Shown: positions 1 through 14,006 of the stretch, in pieces
Numbering within the stretch: the stretch's first letter is position 1
Layout of the letters: every line of letters begins with the position of its first letter
NCBI GenBank assembly: GCA_028023455.1
Contig: JAQFVV010000008.1
Span: 992,001 to 1,056,000, forward strand
DNA length: 64,000 nt
Direction: 5' to 3'
DNA from: Epiperipatus broadwayi
Taxonomy: Eukaryota; Animalia; Onychophora
Translations under genes and position numbers: made by a program
The notes under the pieces: model-generated
Told to the model about the DNA's origin: nothing
Seen by the model: only the letters and a program-made list of their open reading frames with translations
Database searches by the model: none

Positions 1-1540
1 TTGAGTAAATGCAGGCTAATCAAATCAAAAAGCCTGACTTAAAATTATCCACATTTGTGTTTATATGTGGATCTCAGATCTATGATGTAGTACCTGTACA
101 AGCGGCCCCAGGCTGTTAGCTGAGCTTGAGTTTGATAAAGCATTATCTCTATTGTCCAACTTTTTCTGTCCAAAATCCTTAACGATAGTGCACAGATACT
201 ACTTAAATCTCTATACAAGGATGGGGAAAAAAAGTCACAAATTGTGCTGTTAAATTCTTAGAAACTTGGCTCTTAATAGCATCTTTAAATACTTCTTCAA
301 TGAAACCTTGAGAGATTATTTCATGGAATAAAAAAGGTACTATCTTAGGGTCAAGCTGTTGACGGACGCTGATATCATGTTTGATTCAACTGGTTCTTAA
401 GCAATTCTAGCAAAATCAACAGCAAGACAGACTGCTCCATTAAACAGAAGTAGTCCCAGCATTAAAGCTGTGGATTGGAGAGTCAGAAAAAGATTTTCCC
501 AATCAGAACAAGCTTATGGGATTTAAATTGATAATAAAATTGTTAAACTTTGTTATAACTGTGACACAGCAAATGATGCACATACCAAATGTTCACACCA
601 GGATACAGTGTGTAGACATTGGAAGTGTTTCAGTCATATGGAAACTGCTTGTTTTAATTAAAAAGTAAAAAATCAAGTGGCTCAGACAAGAATGAAAGAA
701 TCCACTCCAAAAAGCCAAAAAAAAGCAATTTAAAATCAAATAAAATCAACAATGCCTGTGTAAAATGTGAGATGCATTAATTCAATTTCAAACAAAAAAT
801 TATATTAATGATACACCAATAACAATGGAACTGGACACCGGATATGCAGTGTCCGTCATGTCAAAAAGAAGTGGGCTATCATAAATAGAAAAAATAATCA
901 TTTGCATCCTTGCAGGAGAAGATTACTGATTATCAAGGCAATCAAAATCACTTTTGGGGCAAGTGAGAGTTAAAGATACTATACCTAGTAAAACAATCTA
1001 CTTGCCTCTTGTTGTGTCTGCTAATAAATATAGCAATTTATTAGGCTGTGATTGGTTCAATCACTTAAGCTTTACAGTGACTAAAGTGAAACAGCTCACA
1101 AAAGTAAAATTATAAAAGGTCTACCTAGATATGGATGAAAGCAATCTAACTTTGATCCTTAAGACAAAAAGAAGTGCTGAAATGAGGATAGATGCTCAAG
1201 TTCTATGTTATATGTTCAAAGAATTACTGAAGGGATTCCGGTAGTTGTAATCAAATTAAAGATTGCAAACAATAGTTGTTCAAAAAGCTGATGGACAGCA
1301 ACACCACAGGCACAGAAATCAGCTAAAATTGAATTTTATATCATCAACCATCAGTAAAGAATCACCAACCAATAGCGAAGATTCACAGAGGCTATAAAGG
1401 CAAAGTTTCCAGAACTACAAATGAAGACATGGATCTGTTGTTGAAGTCACAGAATCTGATGAAATCAGAAAACAATGAAGACATTCACCAAAGATCTGAA
1501 TGGCTTCATTCTCCAAGGCTAATTTTAATCAAGGAGAGTG
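1..1540 (+). mobile_element. Degenerate, internally deleted Ty3/gypsy (K02A2.6-like) LTR retrotransposon: gag, Zn-knuckle, aspartic protease, RT N-terminal stub
   Basis: Broken-frame translation gives a CCHC-like knuckle (~590-650), protease ...NDTPITMELDTGYAVSVMSK (~805-865) and RT-start TIVVQKADG (~1270-1297). A purine tract aaggagagtg at 1531-1540 precedes a possible 3' LTR. Many stops and frameshifts; the 5' end lies outside the window. Confidence 0.7.
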
Positions 1541-4082
1541 AACGTTGCATCTCAACTTACCTTCAACATATGGATTAGTCCAGATTTCCTTATCTTAATC
1601 GGATTGAACAATCAGCACCACAGGCCACTAGATATATGAATAAATAACATATATTCAATAGAAAAAACAGGCCAAAGATGATGATGCCCAATAAATTAGT
1701 TTGCTTTCATTATAGATGGGGATATGGTTATAATCAGTTCCAGTTAGAGGTATAGTGAGACAACAACAATTTACTGTCAGAGCTGAACGAAATACATACA
1801 GCATCCATTATATGTTTAAAGCAGTGAAACAAATTCATGTTCAAGCAACTAGAACCTAATTCAGATATGAGGCAAGTTACCACAGAACAGTCAGAAGTGT
1901 CACTATATTTACACATGAGGAAAGCTATCACTCAGCTGCAGTCAACAGACTTATCAAATGGAATAAATCTTTACTTAGCTAATGTTCAAAATGTTTAAGC
2001 AAACTAAAGATAAATAGAATACGGAAAAGGAGAAAAACTTGAATATTACATAAGAACATTCTATTAAGTCATTCATATGGCAAGAATGATATAATCATCA
2101 TCTTAATGTAAATATCATTTAATAAACTCAAAAAATATTCCATCAGTTTCTTTTCAAATATGACCCATTAATATAGGTAAATCTAGCAACCATAAAAATG
2201 ATGTTTAAATTAAAAATCTCATTTTTAAATATTTAGCACATAGCAGATGAGACAATTCATCACCTCCTGTATTTCTGCCCTTTTCTCAAGCCGATCAGAT
2301 CCTTTATTGTCGAAAGTGTGTCGCTCGATATTAGAGAAGTTTTAGTCAATCAAAAGGCTATAAAGAGTAGCATATTCTCGAAAATAAGAATCACCATTAA
2401 CCTTTGCAATCTGTCTATCCAGATGCAAGTGAATATTTGAAAATGCCAATCGCGGTGTCCGCAACATCTATATCAAATTACTTAAGCGGCTCACCTGGGC
2501 TAAGGTCACCCTCCCGGAGAAGTGATGGAGGCAATGGCCGCCAGTCTCGGACCACAACAAGTTCTACAGAGTGAATGCTTTGCAACAGTGTAGAAAGAAT
2601 ATAGCTATGTATAGATAAATATGTTCAATTGTATCTAATAAATTTTAATTTATTTTAATAAAAAAAAAATTTAGCACATTCTGATCTCTGCTTCATGAAA
2701 ATGATCAAATTTGTTCAATGATTATTAACATAAAAACAGTAAACAAAGTTAATGTTAATAAATATTTCTCTTTAATGCAATTTTTATTTCAAATGTCACA
2801 AATTTTCAATGCCTTCTGCAGTGATATATAGTACAAAAAATTTCTGAGTGGGCAACTGTTTATTTTGAAAAACTGACATAAAACCTTCTCAGTTAACAGA
2901 ATCAAATGCAATAACCAAATCTGTACAAATAATATAAAAATCACAGCACCTCCATTGTATTTTTTTTGGAAACAAAAACCATATCTATAGTATTTCTTGT
3001 TTTCTAAAAGTACAATTAAGTTTCTAATCAATTATAAAAACCAACCTTAAGATTAAGTGACCTAATTCACGAATTTATATACTCTTAAAAAATTCCAATA
3101 ATTTTAAAATTAACATATCAACCACTGTAATTTTAAATTTCTCTAAGGATTCAACAAGAACTTGCAATTTTTCTGTTTTTAAGATTACAAAAAGCAATTT
3201 GGAATTTCATAAAGCTAGATATTTTTATCTAAATCTAAGTAAGTGAATAGGATTAAATGAAGTCATCTACATTCTTGTGTCATTATCCAAAAGATGATCA
3301 AAACACTCGTTCTATTTAACAAATTATCAACATTAGTACATAAATAAATACTATCTGTTGATTTAATATTTCTGGACCATAAAATAACCATGATGAGTAG
3401 ATGACTATATCACAGTTTAATCTCTGTTTATTTTTTTAAGTCTATTTGTCACTTATTGAACAATCTATTTTAAAATTCCCATATGGTTTATGAAGTTCCA
3501 AATTCCTTTTATTATTCATCCAGGAAAAGAATATCATGTTTACTGCTAATCAAGTTACTAATAATATAATCAGTGTCACAGAATCACTCTGAATTATTCG
3601 TTTAATGAAGCCAAAAACAAATTTACTCATATCCACAATTAGCATTTAGCAGTTGTTGAAACATGATGTAAATAAGGTTTGCCTTTAACAATGATTATTA
3701 GAACTGAAACTGCATTATAGATATATTTAATATTTTCAAGCTTTTCTCTTGTCTTTAATTTATTAAACATTTGCTGAGTAAACTTGTCCCAAATCACAAT
3801 GTAGTCTTTAATTAACTATAATACTCTATAATGATCAATCTAATAAATTTATTCTCAATATCAAGAATTTATATATCTACCTTCATAAATACTTGTCAAA
3901 AAAAAAAAAAGTAGAAAGGGTGGAGTCGGTATTGCTGACTATGTAATTAATGAACAGAATTGTGGTTGCTCTTACATAAATTCAATTATTGCAGTTAGTG
4001 TTGAGAAGAAATCAAATAAACAGATTATATTAATGTAAATATATATTTGAAAACTAGTTTAACACAATCATATTTCGGTAAA

Positions 4083-6012
4083 ACTGACTGTTAGCGACCC
4101 CAACATTTCACCTTCTGTTTTTAAAAAACAGAACTATATTTTTTCGTACTAAGTATATCTAACTATAAATAAACTATATCTAACTATAAATGTTTTTACA
4201 TAAAGGTTAATAAAAAAACTGACGTGATGTGATGTATTTGGCTTCTCCTTAAACGAAGTCAAGAATATCTCAGCAACTATGCCAAGATAAACCTGTTAGC
4301 CACTTTATTTTCCATTCCCCACTCTAAGTCTTCCCATATTCTGCCCCATCCCATTTCCACAACATGATCTTTGTCACCTCTATGGCCTTTAAATCTAAAT
4401 CCCCCTTATCTTTTCGCAAACCCAGCAAAAAAGCTAATAACTCACTTTCTATATAGTCACTTTGTTATACCTATTCTTCCATAACTTCATTATCTGTACC
4501 CTTTCTGCTTTCAAGCATTTACATTCAATCAATAGATGTCTAATATTTTCTATACCCTCCTTACATAATTTGCACACTAAATCACCCATAGTTTTCCATT
4601 TACATGTATATTCTCTTATTGCTAACGATCCCGTTCGAGCCTTAAATAATAAACTACTTTCCTTACTATTATCATAAATTAACTCGCTTCCAATATTCCG
4701 TTTACTTCTATATATATTTAAACTCTTCTCACCCTCCATATTACTTCTCCATCTCTCCAACTCCCTATTTTTCATTAATGCTTCTATTCTTTTATCCCAT
4801 TCCTTACCACTATAATACTCAACAATCCTCCTAACACAATCATCCCATCTTTTATACAAGTATACCAATATAAATTCTTTATCCAAATCTTTTGCATACC
4901 GCATTACCTTTCTCATCCATCTTGTTACCTGTCCTTTACTCGTAAACCAATTAAACACTATTTTGGCTATTCTTTTACTATCCATAAACTGCAACCTACC
5001 AAACATTTTCATTTTACTTTTTGCATCTCTCATATAGAAACTCGACCATTCCATTTCTCCTTGAATTGCCTCCTTTGCTGTCCACACCTCTACATCTAAT
5101 GCATGTCTTCCTACTTCCCTTTGTACTTTCTCTAAATAATCTAAAATCCTTTTACTAACACATAATGCATCATTACCATATGTTAACCCTGCTACTGCAA
5201 CTCCCTTCCATACAATTCTAGCTACATCATATTTATTATATGAAAATACTGTTAGTTTCTTTACCAAACTCTTTCTTTTCTTTGCTTTATTTACCAATTT
5301 TTTCTCCCATTCATCCAAGCAATTTTCCTGATTACATAAGATGATTCCCAAATACCTATATCTATCCACCACACTTAACTTTATATCCCCCAATAAAAAA
5401 TCTACATCCTCTCTTCCCCCAGTATTAACCATCATTATATTTGATTTTTCTTCACTAAATTTAATCCCCATCTCTTTATCCACCCTTGCACATGTCCTCT
5501 ACATAATATCCATATCTTCTCTTCTTTCTGCACATAAAAGGATATCATCCGCAAAAAAAAGACCCGACAAAGTATATACTCCTTTGCCACCTATTAACGG
5601 TATCTCTATCCCTCTTCCTAGTCTTTCTATTGCTTTCTCCATTTCACTCAAAAACAACAAAAACAAAATCAGTGACATAGGGCATCCTTGCCTTAATCCC
5701 ACCCCATTTTTAACTTTAACTGATTCTATATCCCCTAATTGGTAAGTATAATAATTATTTTCATATAATTTCTTAATAATATTTACTAAAGCTTCATCCA
5801 TTCCCAAATTGGCTAATCTTACCCATAATCTATTTCTATTTACTCTATCATATGCTTTCTCTATATTTATAAAACTCATATATAACGATCTACCTGAATT
5901 CCTACTCATCTCCATAAGTTGTGTAACTAACTGTTAGCGGACCCAACATTTCGCCCTCTGTTTTTAGAAAACTGAACTATATTTTTTTCGTATTAAGTGT
6001 ATCTAACTATAC
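4083..6012 (+). repeat. ~90-bp imperfect direct repeat (~4083-4172 and ~5925-6012) bracketing the LINE
   Basis: aactgactgttagcgaccccaacatttcaccttctgtttttaaaaaacagaactatattttttcgtactaagtatatctaactata versus aactaactgttagcggacccaacatttcgccctctgtttttagaaaactgaactatatttttttcgtattaagtgtatctaactata. Confidence 0.9.
4215..5930 (-). mobile_element. 5'-truncated non-LTR retrotransposon (LINE): RT plus C-terminal CCHC zinc finger, (ACATC)n 3' tail
   Basis: ORFs 5915-5499 and 5483-4449 are in the same frame, separated by one stop. Motifs: IEKAYDRV, GLRQGCPMS, FFADD, YRYLG, CKLCKEGIENIRHLLIEC. Minus-strand 3' end reads atacatcacatcacgtca at ~4235-4219. Clade not determined. Confidence 0.92.
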
Positions 6013-6986
6013 ATACTTCAAATAAATGAATAAAGACATTGAGGGAAAAAGCCAACTTGATCTTTCCATGTTTAAAATCTATAAATGACTAGGAACAACA
6101 TAATAATTAGTAGCTTAATAAATAATTAATAAAGAATGTTATAAGATGATCGTCGTTAATTTTGGGGTAAAATGCAGCGATTGTAAATTAAATCATGCCA
6201 ATGACTTATACCAATAAAGATGTAGACATATAAATATTTAAAAAACAAAAACAATGGGAAATATTCTTGACAGGAATAATCTTTACATATTATTTAAAGT
6301 AAATAATGTTTATATTACAAGGTCATTTAACTTTCAACTTTTTATCGTTTATCTGAGTTCAGCATTCGATACAGTTCTAATTAAATCATTGTAAAGAACA
6401 TGCTAAGAATCAATGAATTTGTTTTGGTCTACGTCTTAACTATAATAATTGTATTTATCGATCTCTTTTTACTATCTACGTTTTTACTGTCAAGATGATG
6501 GGTCAGTATTGAGAATATTTTTAATGAATGTTCAAAATAAATTTATACTACACAAAAATAAATGTTCTAAATTATATATTAAGAAAATAAACGTAATGCG
6601 AGTACACATAGTAAATCTATTTCTTATAAGTCAAAAAAACAATTAATCAAAAACTAAGAACATATTAAATATAATAATTGCACAACAATTTCAGCAAAAT
6701 ATTAACGTGAATCTGTATATAATAAACTATTCAAAACTTACTAAATTAAAGAACCAGTTAAGCCAAAAAGTAATATTGTTGTTGAGGTATAGTAATTTCT
6801 AATTGAATAAAACGGGGTGCCCCTCGTGTTTCTTCTTCGGTTAGAAATAATCATTTTAAAATTACGATAAATAACTTTCGGTTAAGTTCTAAGCCTACGA
6901 AGTAAGTAGCAGACATTGTAAGATTTGCGCGCCCTCTTTCGTAAATCTAAAACATTAAAATTTATATTTTACAAAAGATCAATTTA

Positions 6987-7391
6987 TTATATCATGCTTG
7001 CAATCCAATCACAACTATCCATCAGCCCGGAATTCAGACCAATCTCAGATTATAGATACATTAGAAACATACACGTCGTCAAGCAATTCATGTAGCACAT
7101 GTGACATTTCAACTTCACATATACATTATTTCTAAAGAAACCCTAAACGTAATTTTTTTTTTATTAATTACATCTTTAATCATATGTTTAGGTAATCTGT
7201 GATAGAATTATAATTAATAAAATTAAGGTTAGAGTTTCCTTAGAAATAAAGTGTGTATGAAGTTGAAATGTCATATATGCTATATGAATTGCTTGATAAA
7301 GTTTATGTTTCTAATGTATCTATGATCTGAGGAGGTTGGTCTTATTTCTGAGTTGATGGATGCTTGAGAATGGGTTGTAATCATGATATAA
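6987..7391. repeat. Long inverted repeat / MITE-like palindrome (arms ~165 bp)
   Basis: Left arm ~6987-7150 matches the reverse complement of ~7226-7391 (e.g. tcagattatagatacattagaaac / gtttctaatgtatctatgatctga; tgacatttcaacttca / tgaagttgaaatgtca). Confidence 0.85.
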
Positions 7392-10300
7392 TCATTGGAA
7401 GCTTCAGTCATTTCCTGTTCAGTTACATATAATCTGAGTTATTTACTTATTTAAAGGACCAATTTATTTATTTTTATCACAAAAATTTATAAAATAAACA
7501 AATGTAAAACAAAATAATGTAATTAGCAATATAAACAATATTCTTCGGTTAATATTACATACATATATATCAATATTTAGTAAATGATCTTTTTTATATA
7601 CTTAATTTTTTGCAGTGTCTTTTTAGGAGAATTGTTCATTATATACAAAGTAGAAACATTATATAGGAGAGTATATTCATAATTATTTATCTTGTAGGCA
7701 TAAAGTAGATGGATTCAAAATACAAATGCAGGTGTTATTTATTTAAATTAATATCAATAACAAATCATGGATTTTACAATATTGGTAATATACTCAGTTC
7801 TTTCATTATACAATGAACATAACAATATATATATATTATGCTTAGAAGTAGAAGACTCTGAAAGCACATGGTACAGTAATAATGATGTTATCTCAGCAGT
7901 TGAAATCCAAATTGCAGACATATTAATGAGCATGAATTAGGGAAATTATCATTGATAATACTTATTAAACAATATAATTTATTTTTACTTTTCCTGCAAA
8001 ACAGATTAATTTATAATGTATTGTAATTTTAAAAATAATTAATAATTCTAAAAAGCTTTTTTTTTTAAATAAAAAAATGGATTTAATAAATAATCAAATG
8101 ATTTGTTAGACTTATTTATTAAAACATTCTAATCCTTTTTTGAATTGTTTTAGCTGTATTTTAATATATTAAAAAAAATTTAAATCCACTTCTATTCACT
8201 TGAATACAATGATTTTTATAATATTCAATTTTATTTTACTAACAGTTTTAAGTGATCTAGTCTTCCTCATAGACAAAAATAATTTCAATATAAATATTAA
8301 AATTTATTATTAATTATTTATGTATTTTATTTATTTTTAAAATATTATCACAAATTATAAATATAACCATTTTAAAAATTAAAAATATATATATATCTTT
8401 ATATCAAATCTATCTCCGTACATACATATATATATATTCACATACACAAACTCAAATAATGTAACAAAGATTATTAATAATAAATTTTAATATTTGTTTT
8501 AAAGTTATTTTTTAATTCTGATGAAAACTATGGGTTAATCAAAATTATTAGTAAAATAAAATCAAAGATTTTAAAAAGTATTATATTTTAGTTATTTTTA
8601 AATCTAATTTATTAGGAAAATTTGCCCTAAAATTAAAACAATTAAGCAATTAGTATGCATTTTTCATATACTTTTTTTTTCATTTTCCAATAAAAAATAA
8701 TTATTATATAAATGAAGAAACATTTATAAAAACCCTAGAAGTTCATCATCAGCTAATTGTAATAGATATTACTGGTATACTCATACAAATTTTTTCCAAA
8801 ATATTCTATAAATGAACAGATATAGTTTCTCCTTAGATGGAAGTCAAAAATGAAAGACATCATGGAAAATGTGGTCTAAGTTTATGAATGGAGCATATCA
8901 CAATTAACTGGTGATGAACTTGTATCAGCCTGAGAGAAATTGACAATTCCAATCACATAAAACAGGCATGATCTAGATTTACATTTATATTTGGAAATAA
9001 ACCAAAATTATTAAGAATCCAGACTCAGCTATGACCTTATATTTATCTACACATATACATAAATATACAGAAAGACATAAAATATTATCTGTAAAAGAAA
9101 CACTTTTCTTTTTTACTTTTTAGCACATAATGGTACAAAGTGTAACAATGCTTCAATGTGTACAGTCAAGAAAAATAACAGAATATTGTAATATTAGTTG
9201 TTTTTGAAAAATATAATTTTTGTGTTGATGAGATGAGAAATATAAAGCATGATGTTCTTTTATAAAATGATAAGAATTATTAGTATTATATATAGTGAAG
9301 TGATATATTCCATAGGAATATATATATTTCATTGATATATATGTTATATGGATTGAAAAAAAATTTTATTTAATGATTTAACAATGTGACATCATTTAAT
9401 GTGTTTAAGGTATTTTGTTATTATCATTAATTAAACACATTGTGCACTCTTTAAAGAAAATTAATATATTTTATATTGTACAAAATATTATTCTTAATTG
9501 AAATCAAATGTTGAATTTAAAATACTAATTTATAAAGAACTAATATTATTATTTTACTAATTAAACTACAAAATCATTTCTTGTAATACTGATTAATCAT
9601 GTGAGCAGATTGGATTGTTGTTGTTGTTGTTGTTTTAAAAATAAATTTATGCTCATAAAATGAATTTTTAAGTATATAGTTTTTATCCCAAAAACAAGGA
9701 CACAAATTCAAATGGATAATCTACTCTTCCATATCTTCATCAATAATGAATGGGAGTACTTTTCAAACCATCAGTTGTAAAAATTATTATTTATCTTCAA
9801 CTTCCTATGGTCCTGTTTCTGTATAATCAAAAATGGATTGTCATAATGGACAAAATCAGCTGATTCTATTTATTGTTTTTAACCGTTTTGTCAATCAATT
9901 GCTAAAGGAAAACAGAACTTTATTAATAAATCATAGCAAATAAGTTATTTTAAAAACTATTATACTTTTATAACTATTAATTACTAATAACTAATTATCG
10001 GTATTAAATATTGTTTTAAATTTATAATTTGTGAGATAATATTCTATTGAAATAATCAAAATATAGTATAAATGTGAGAAATAATAATTTATTCTTATTT
10101 TTGAAAATATATTGATATCATATTTTGGTGCACATTGTAAAATATATAATCTTTGTTATTTAAAGATAATCATGTATAATTTTAAATTTATAATGATGTT
10201 TAATTGCTAAATGAGTATTTATTTTGTATATAAGAGTGGTATAATGCTGCATGTATTTATGTTAAATATTGTATGATTGTATGTATTTAATTTGATATTG

Positions 10301-10786
10301 TTAGTACCATTTGTAAATTCCTATGGCTTCAATTATATAATGATTTAATTTTTAATAAATATTTTTATAAGAGCATGGGTAATGTTATTATATATTAAAG
10401 TGGGTGTCTATAACAATGAATTAGTAATGATATTATTTAAATATTTTATACATATATAGTTTTTAAATATAGCTGCTCCTTTAATGCTGTTACTTTAAAT
10501 ATTATTTTCAGCATTGAGTTTATTTTATCTTTATTAGACATTTCATCCATTGCTCCTTCTTATAAACTTTCAGTATATAGATTGCTGAGTTATTATTTTT
10601 ATTAATGCTGTTTTGTTTGTTTTGGCAAGGTATTGAATTGTCAATCATGTATGTACTGGTTGATTTTAGTATGTGAATTTAAATATTAATGGTTGTTACA
10701 ACAACAGTTTTTTTTTTTCAAATTATTTTACTTGTTAAATATATATTTTATTTATTTTATTATTGATCATTAGATGATTAATAATT

Positions 10787-11028
10787 GTTTTTATATGCAT
10801 AGGAAATGGAATGAACTCAACAAACTCATTCCTGCTGATTATAAGAAATTCAGACAATGCTAAGATCTAATTTACAGTCAAAACGTTTAAGTTATAAGGA
10901 TTTGGAAGATGTTTTTATATACATAGTAAATGGAATGAACTCTATTAACTCATTCCCACTGATTATAAGAAATTCAAACAAGATCTAATTTACAGTCAAA
11001 ACTTTTAAGTTAAAAGGATTTTGAAGAT
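10787..11028 (+). repeat. Tandem duplication, 2 x ~123 bp
   Basis: aaatggaatgaactc...gattataagaaattca...agatctaatttacagtcaaaac...ggattt(g/t)gaagat occurs twice in succession. Confidence 0.9.
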
Positions 11029-11199
11029 AAAAATATATTGATAATATATTCTCTGATTTACAGATAAGAGAGTTTCAGATTTTTCTACATGTGTGTAATG
11101 TAAATATATTAGGTGCTATTCCATAAAAATTGTGGCAAGTGAAATAAAAACATTATAAAAAAAGAAGTGTCATGAATTCATGGCTTATAGTAATAAAGG

Positions 11200-11375
11200 T
11201 AGTTTTTTAAAAATATTTAGCTTTATTACTGCCTAGCATGCTTTTGATATAACATGTATATCATATTCATGCTTATAGAATGACTCATATTATTATAAGT
11301 CATGAATATGATAGACATGTTATATCAAAAGCATGCTATTCAGTAATAAAGCTGAATATTTTTTTTAAAAAACTA
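11200..11375. repeat. Palindromic MITE-like hairpin (arms ~80 bp)
   Basis: ctttattactg..agcatgcttttgatataacatgt..tcatattcatg pairs with catgaatatga..acatgttatatcaaaagcatgct..cagtaataaag. Confidence 0.88.
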
Positions 11376-11449
11376 TATTTTCCGTGGATATGTTAATTAA
11401 CAGATGTGTATCTGTAATATATGTGTACTTTCAATTCATTACAATATAT

Positions 11450-13223
11450 TGCAACAATATAAATAATTGCATCTTGAATTATTTAGTTATGAAACTGCAC
11501 AATTAAAGAATCAAAAAAAGTGCTGTAGATTGATTGATAAAGGTATAAAATGCCACATGTATGTGTGTGTACTAAACATAGCATATACATTACTTAATTA
11601 CACTAAAAAAAATTAATTAAAAAGAAAAGTCTATTTATAAAATTTTAATTATGTTATTAAATATTTTACAAAGGAAATATATTTTGTAAATGAAACAATA
11701 CAAATTATAACTCATTATGTAAAGGAGAAGAAAAAATTAGTTTTATTGCTATGCAAATGAATTTAATTTGCACAGTTTATGAAAATGCATAGTATTTGGT
11801 TACTCTTTAGATTTTCCCATTGGAGAGGGTCTTAAAGAAATAATTTCCCCCTTTTCATAGTAAATTTAATGGAAAATCTGAATATGTTATTGAAAATTGT
11901 GGATTACTAGAATTAAAAAAGTTATTGAGCAATTTTTAGAGATGAGTAATAATTTTGTCTTTCTTCCTACCACTAACATAATTAAAAAACTTCATTTATA
12001 AAAATAATGGTATAATTTAAATAAAATTATTTGTTTTCACAATATGTTTTCTCTAATTAATTAGTAAGATGTGTTCAGATAAAAGTGATTGAGCTGTTGT
12101 TTGAAAAACATTCATTGAGTACAGCAATAAGTGTAAAAAACAACAAGTTATAAATAGATCAAATACAAACAATTAAGGCAGTCTAGTATATTCTAGGCCC
12201 TAATTCAAAAATCAATGTTGCAATGATCCTATAAAGACAGGTTAAAAGTTTTCCACTGTAGTTTGGATTGCCATGCCTTACTAATATTAAAAGTATTTTT
12301 CAATACTAAAATCCACCCCCACCCCATGTATGACAACAACTAGTGGAAGACAATCTATTATGTAAGGCTAGAAAATCAACAATCATAGCATTCAAAACAT
12401 CTGGATTAATGCAGTCAGATCCAGAGACAACTGGTGAAAATTGTTAAAACTAGCCACTGTTAGCTTTAATCATGCTGTGAGGAAAGAAATGGACAGTGCT
12501 GTAAGACCTACTTTATATCTATCTAATATCACCAATTCCCAAAGAGGATAATTACTATCCTGGATAAATTAATCAAGATTTATTTATAAATACATTTTCA
12601 AAAGACATCTGCAGAAAACCATGGTTTCAATTTTCAAATTTTACACTTGGTAAGATCTCATCAATATAATTATCAGAAGATCTTAAGTTTATAATATATG
12701 TCTAATAATTATTATTTTTATTGTATTTAGTAATAGTTGCAAATATATAAGCAACAATTGTTTATAGCTATTGTTAATACATTGTTAATCTATTTTTATT
12801 ATTAATCAATTTAGTTTGTGCTTGCTTATCAAATTCACTCAAAACCTATCCACAATCTTGAGAAATGATGCAATTTGCTGGTAGACATGCAGAAATAATG
12901 GTAATAATTTATAAATTATTATGACTGGGTGTTAATAAGTTTTCCAAGAGTAAACTTTTTATTTGGAAGGTTTGGTGTCTTAAAGTTTTATTTTTTTATT
13001 TATTTATTGAAACCAGAAAAACAAATTAAAATACTCTAGGAGTAATGGTAATTAGTTTAATCTTCAGTGCTAGGTCATCATCATAACAGGTGTTTGGTTA
13101 ATATTATTGTATATATTTGAATTTAATCATTTTCATTTGAATAATATTAACCATTTTATAAATATTTATTTTTGCTCATCTAATGATCCATTATATTTAA
13201 AATAATCAAATATCTCCATTATA
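11450..13223 (+). repeat. 5' LTR (~1.77 kb)
   Basis: Colinear with 16281-18089 along its whole length, roughly 80% identical by eye. Confidence 0.85.
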
Positions 13224-14006
13224 TTTGGCAAAACCAGTCACATTGCCTAAACATCCCATCTGCTCAACTTCACTTCTGTACAATCACATAATGTACTAAA
13301 TATGAACATGGATAGGTTGAGCACATTATGGTGTATAATAAGTAACATTCAATAAATGTTTGGAATTAAAACATTTTATGAAAACAGTAGTTTGAGCAGA
13401 AGGCAAGAAAATAATTAATAAGTGACAGCATGTAAATAAAATAATAACAATAACAATTAAGGTAGGTATGTCACACATTATTCTGGAAAGAATTGCATAC
13501 AAAAAGGTTGAGACTGCTGTGTTTATTTAATGATAAAGTATATATAAAAATATTTAAGTTCATAGTTCTACATAAAGAGGATAAATAATACAGTTATAGC
13601 ATAATCAAAAAGAATACTATATTTTAAAATAAATAACATTTTTCTTTTACAACTGTAATTTATCAATATTTGTATTTACAAGCTATACTCAGAAAAGCTT
13701 AATATTATATTCAAAGTTATTATAATATTAAACTTTTCTGAGTATAGAGTGTGCAAGTGCAAATATTGATAAAAGAGTATTATAGAAAATTTAATTACAT
13801 ATACAGATAATAACATATTCCATAACAAGAATGATCACAATTAAACATGGCTCCATTAGCATCACAAGTATCACCAATGGAATCAGAATTGATAAAGCAA
13901 GAATCTGTTCAGACAGTACAAAAAGCATTTAGAAGAGAAAACAGGCACATTTACTATAGAAATGCTATATGCATTTATGAAAGAATCACATTAGAAAAAT
14001 CAAGAA

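Noticed and set aside
1561-1627. 67-nt minus-strand segment with good acceptor and AG|GTAAGT donor
   Set aside because: Stops in all three frames, and it sits in the probable LTR of the gypsy relic.
8750-8950. Fragment resembling a DIRS/Ngaro RNase H segment (MWSKFMNG)
   Set aside because: Too short and broken to support a call.
10787-11028. Short direct repeats here and at 26531 and 54154 considered as CRISPR-like arrays
   Set aside because: Two adjacent copies without unique spacers, no cas genes, and a eukaryotic context.
12380-12600. Apparent synonymous-type differences between the two long repeats (LLKLATVSFNHAV vs LLKSAIACFNHAI), suggesting duplicated genes
   Set aside because: Both copies have stops and frameshifts. 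PPT, TG start, PBS position and TSD identify the repeats as LTRs.
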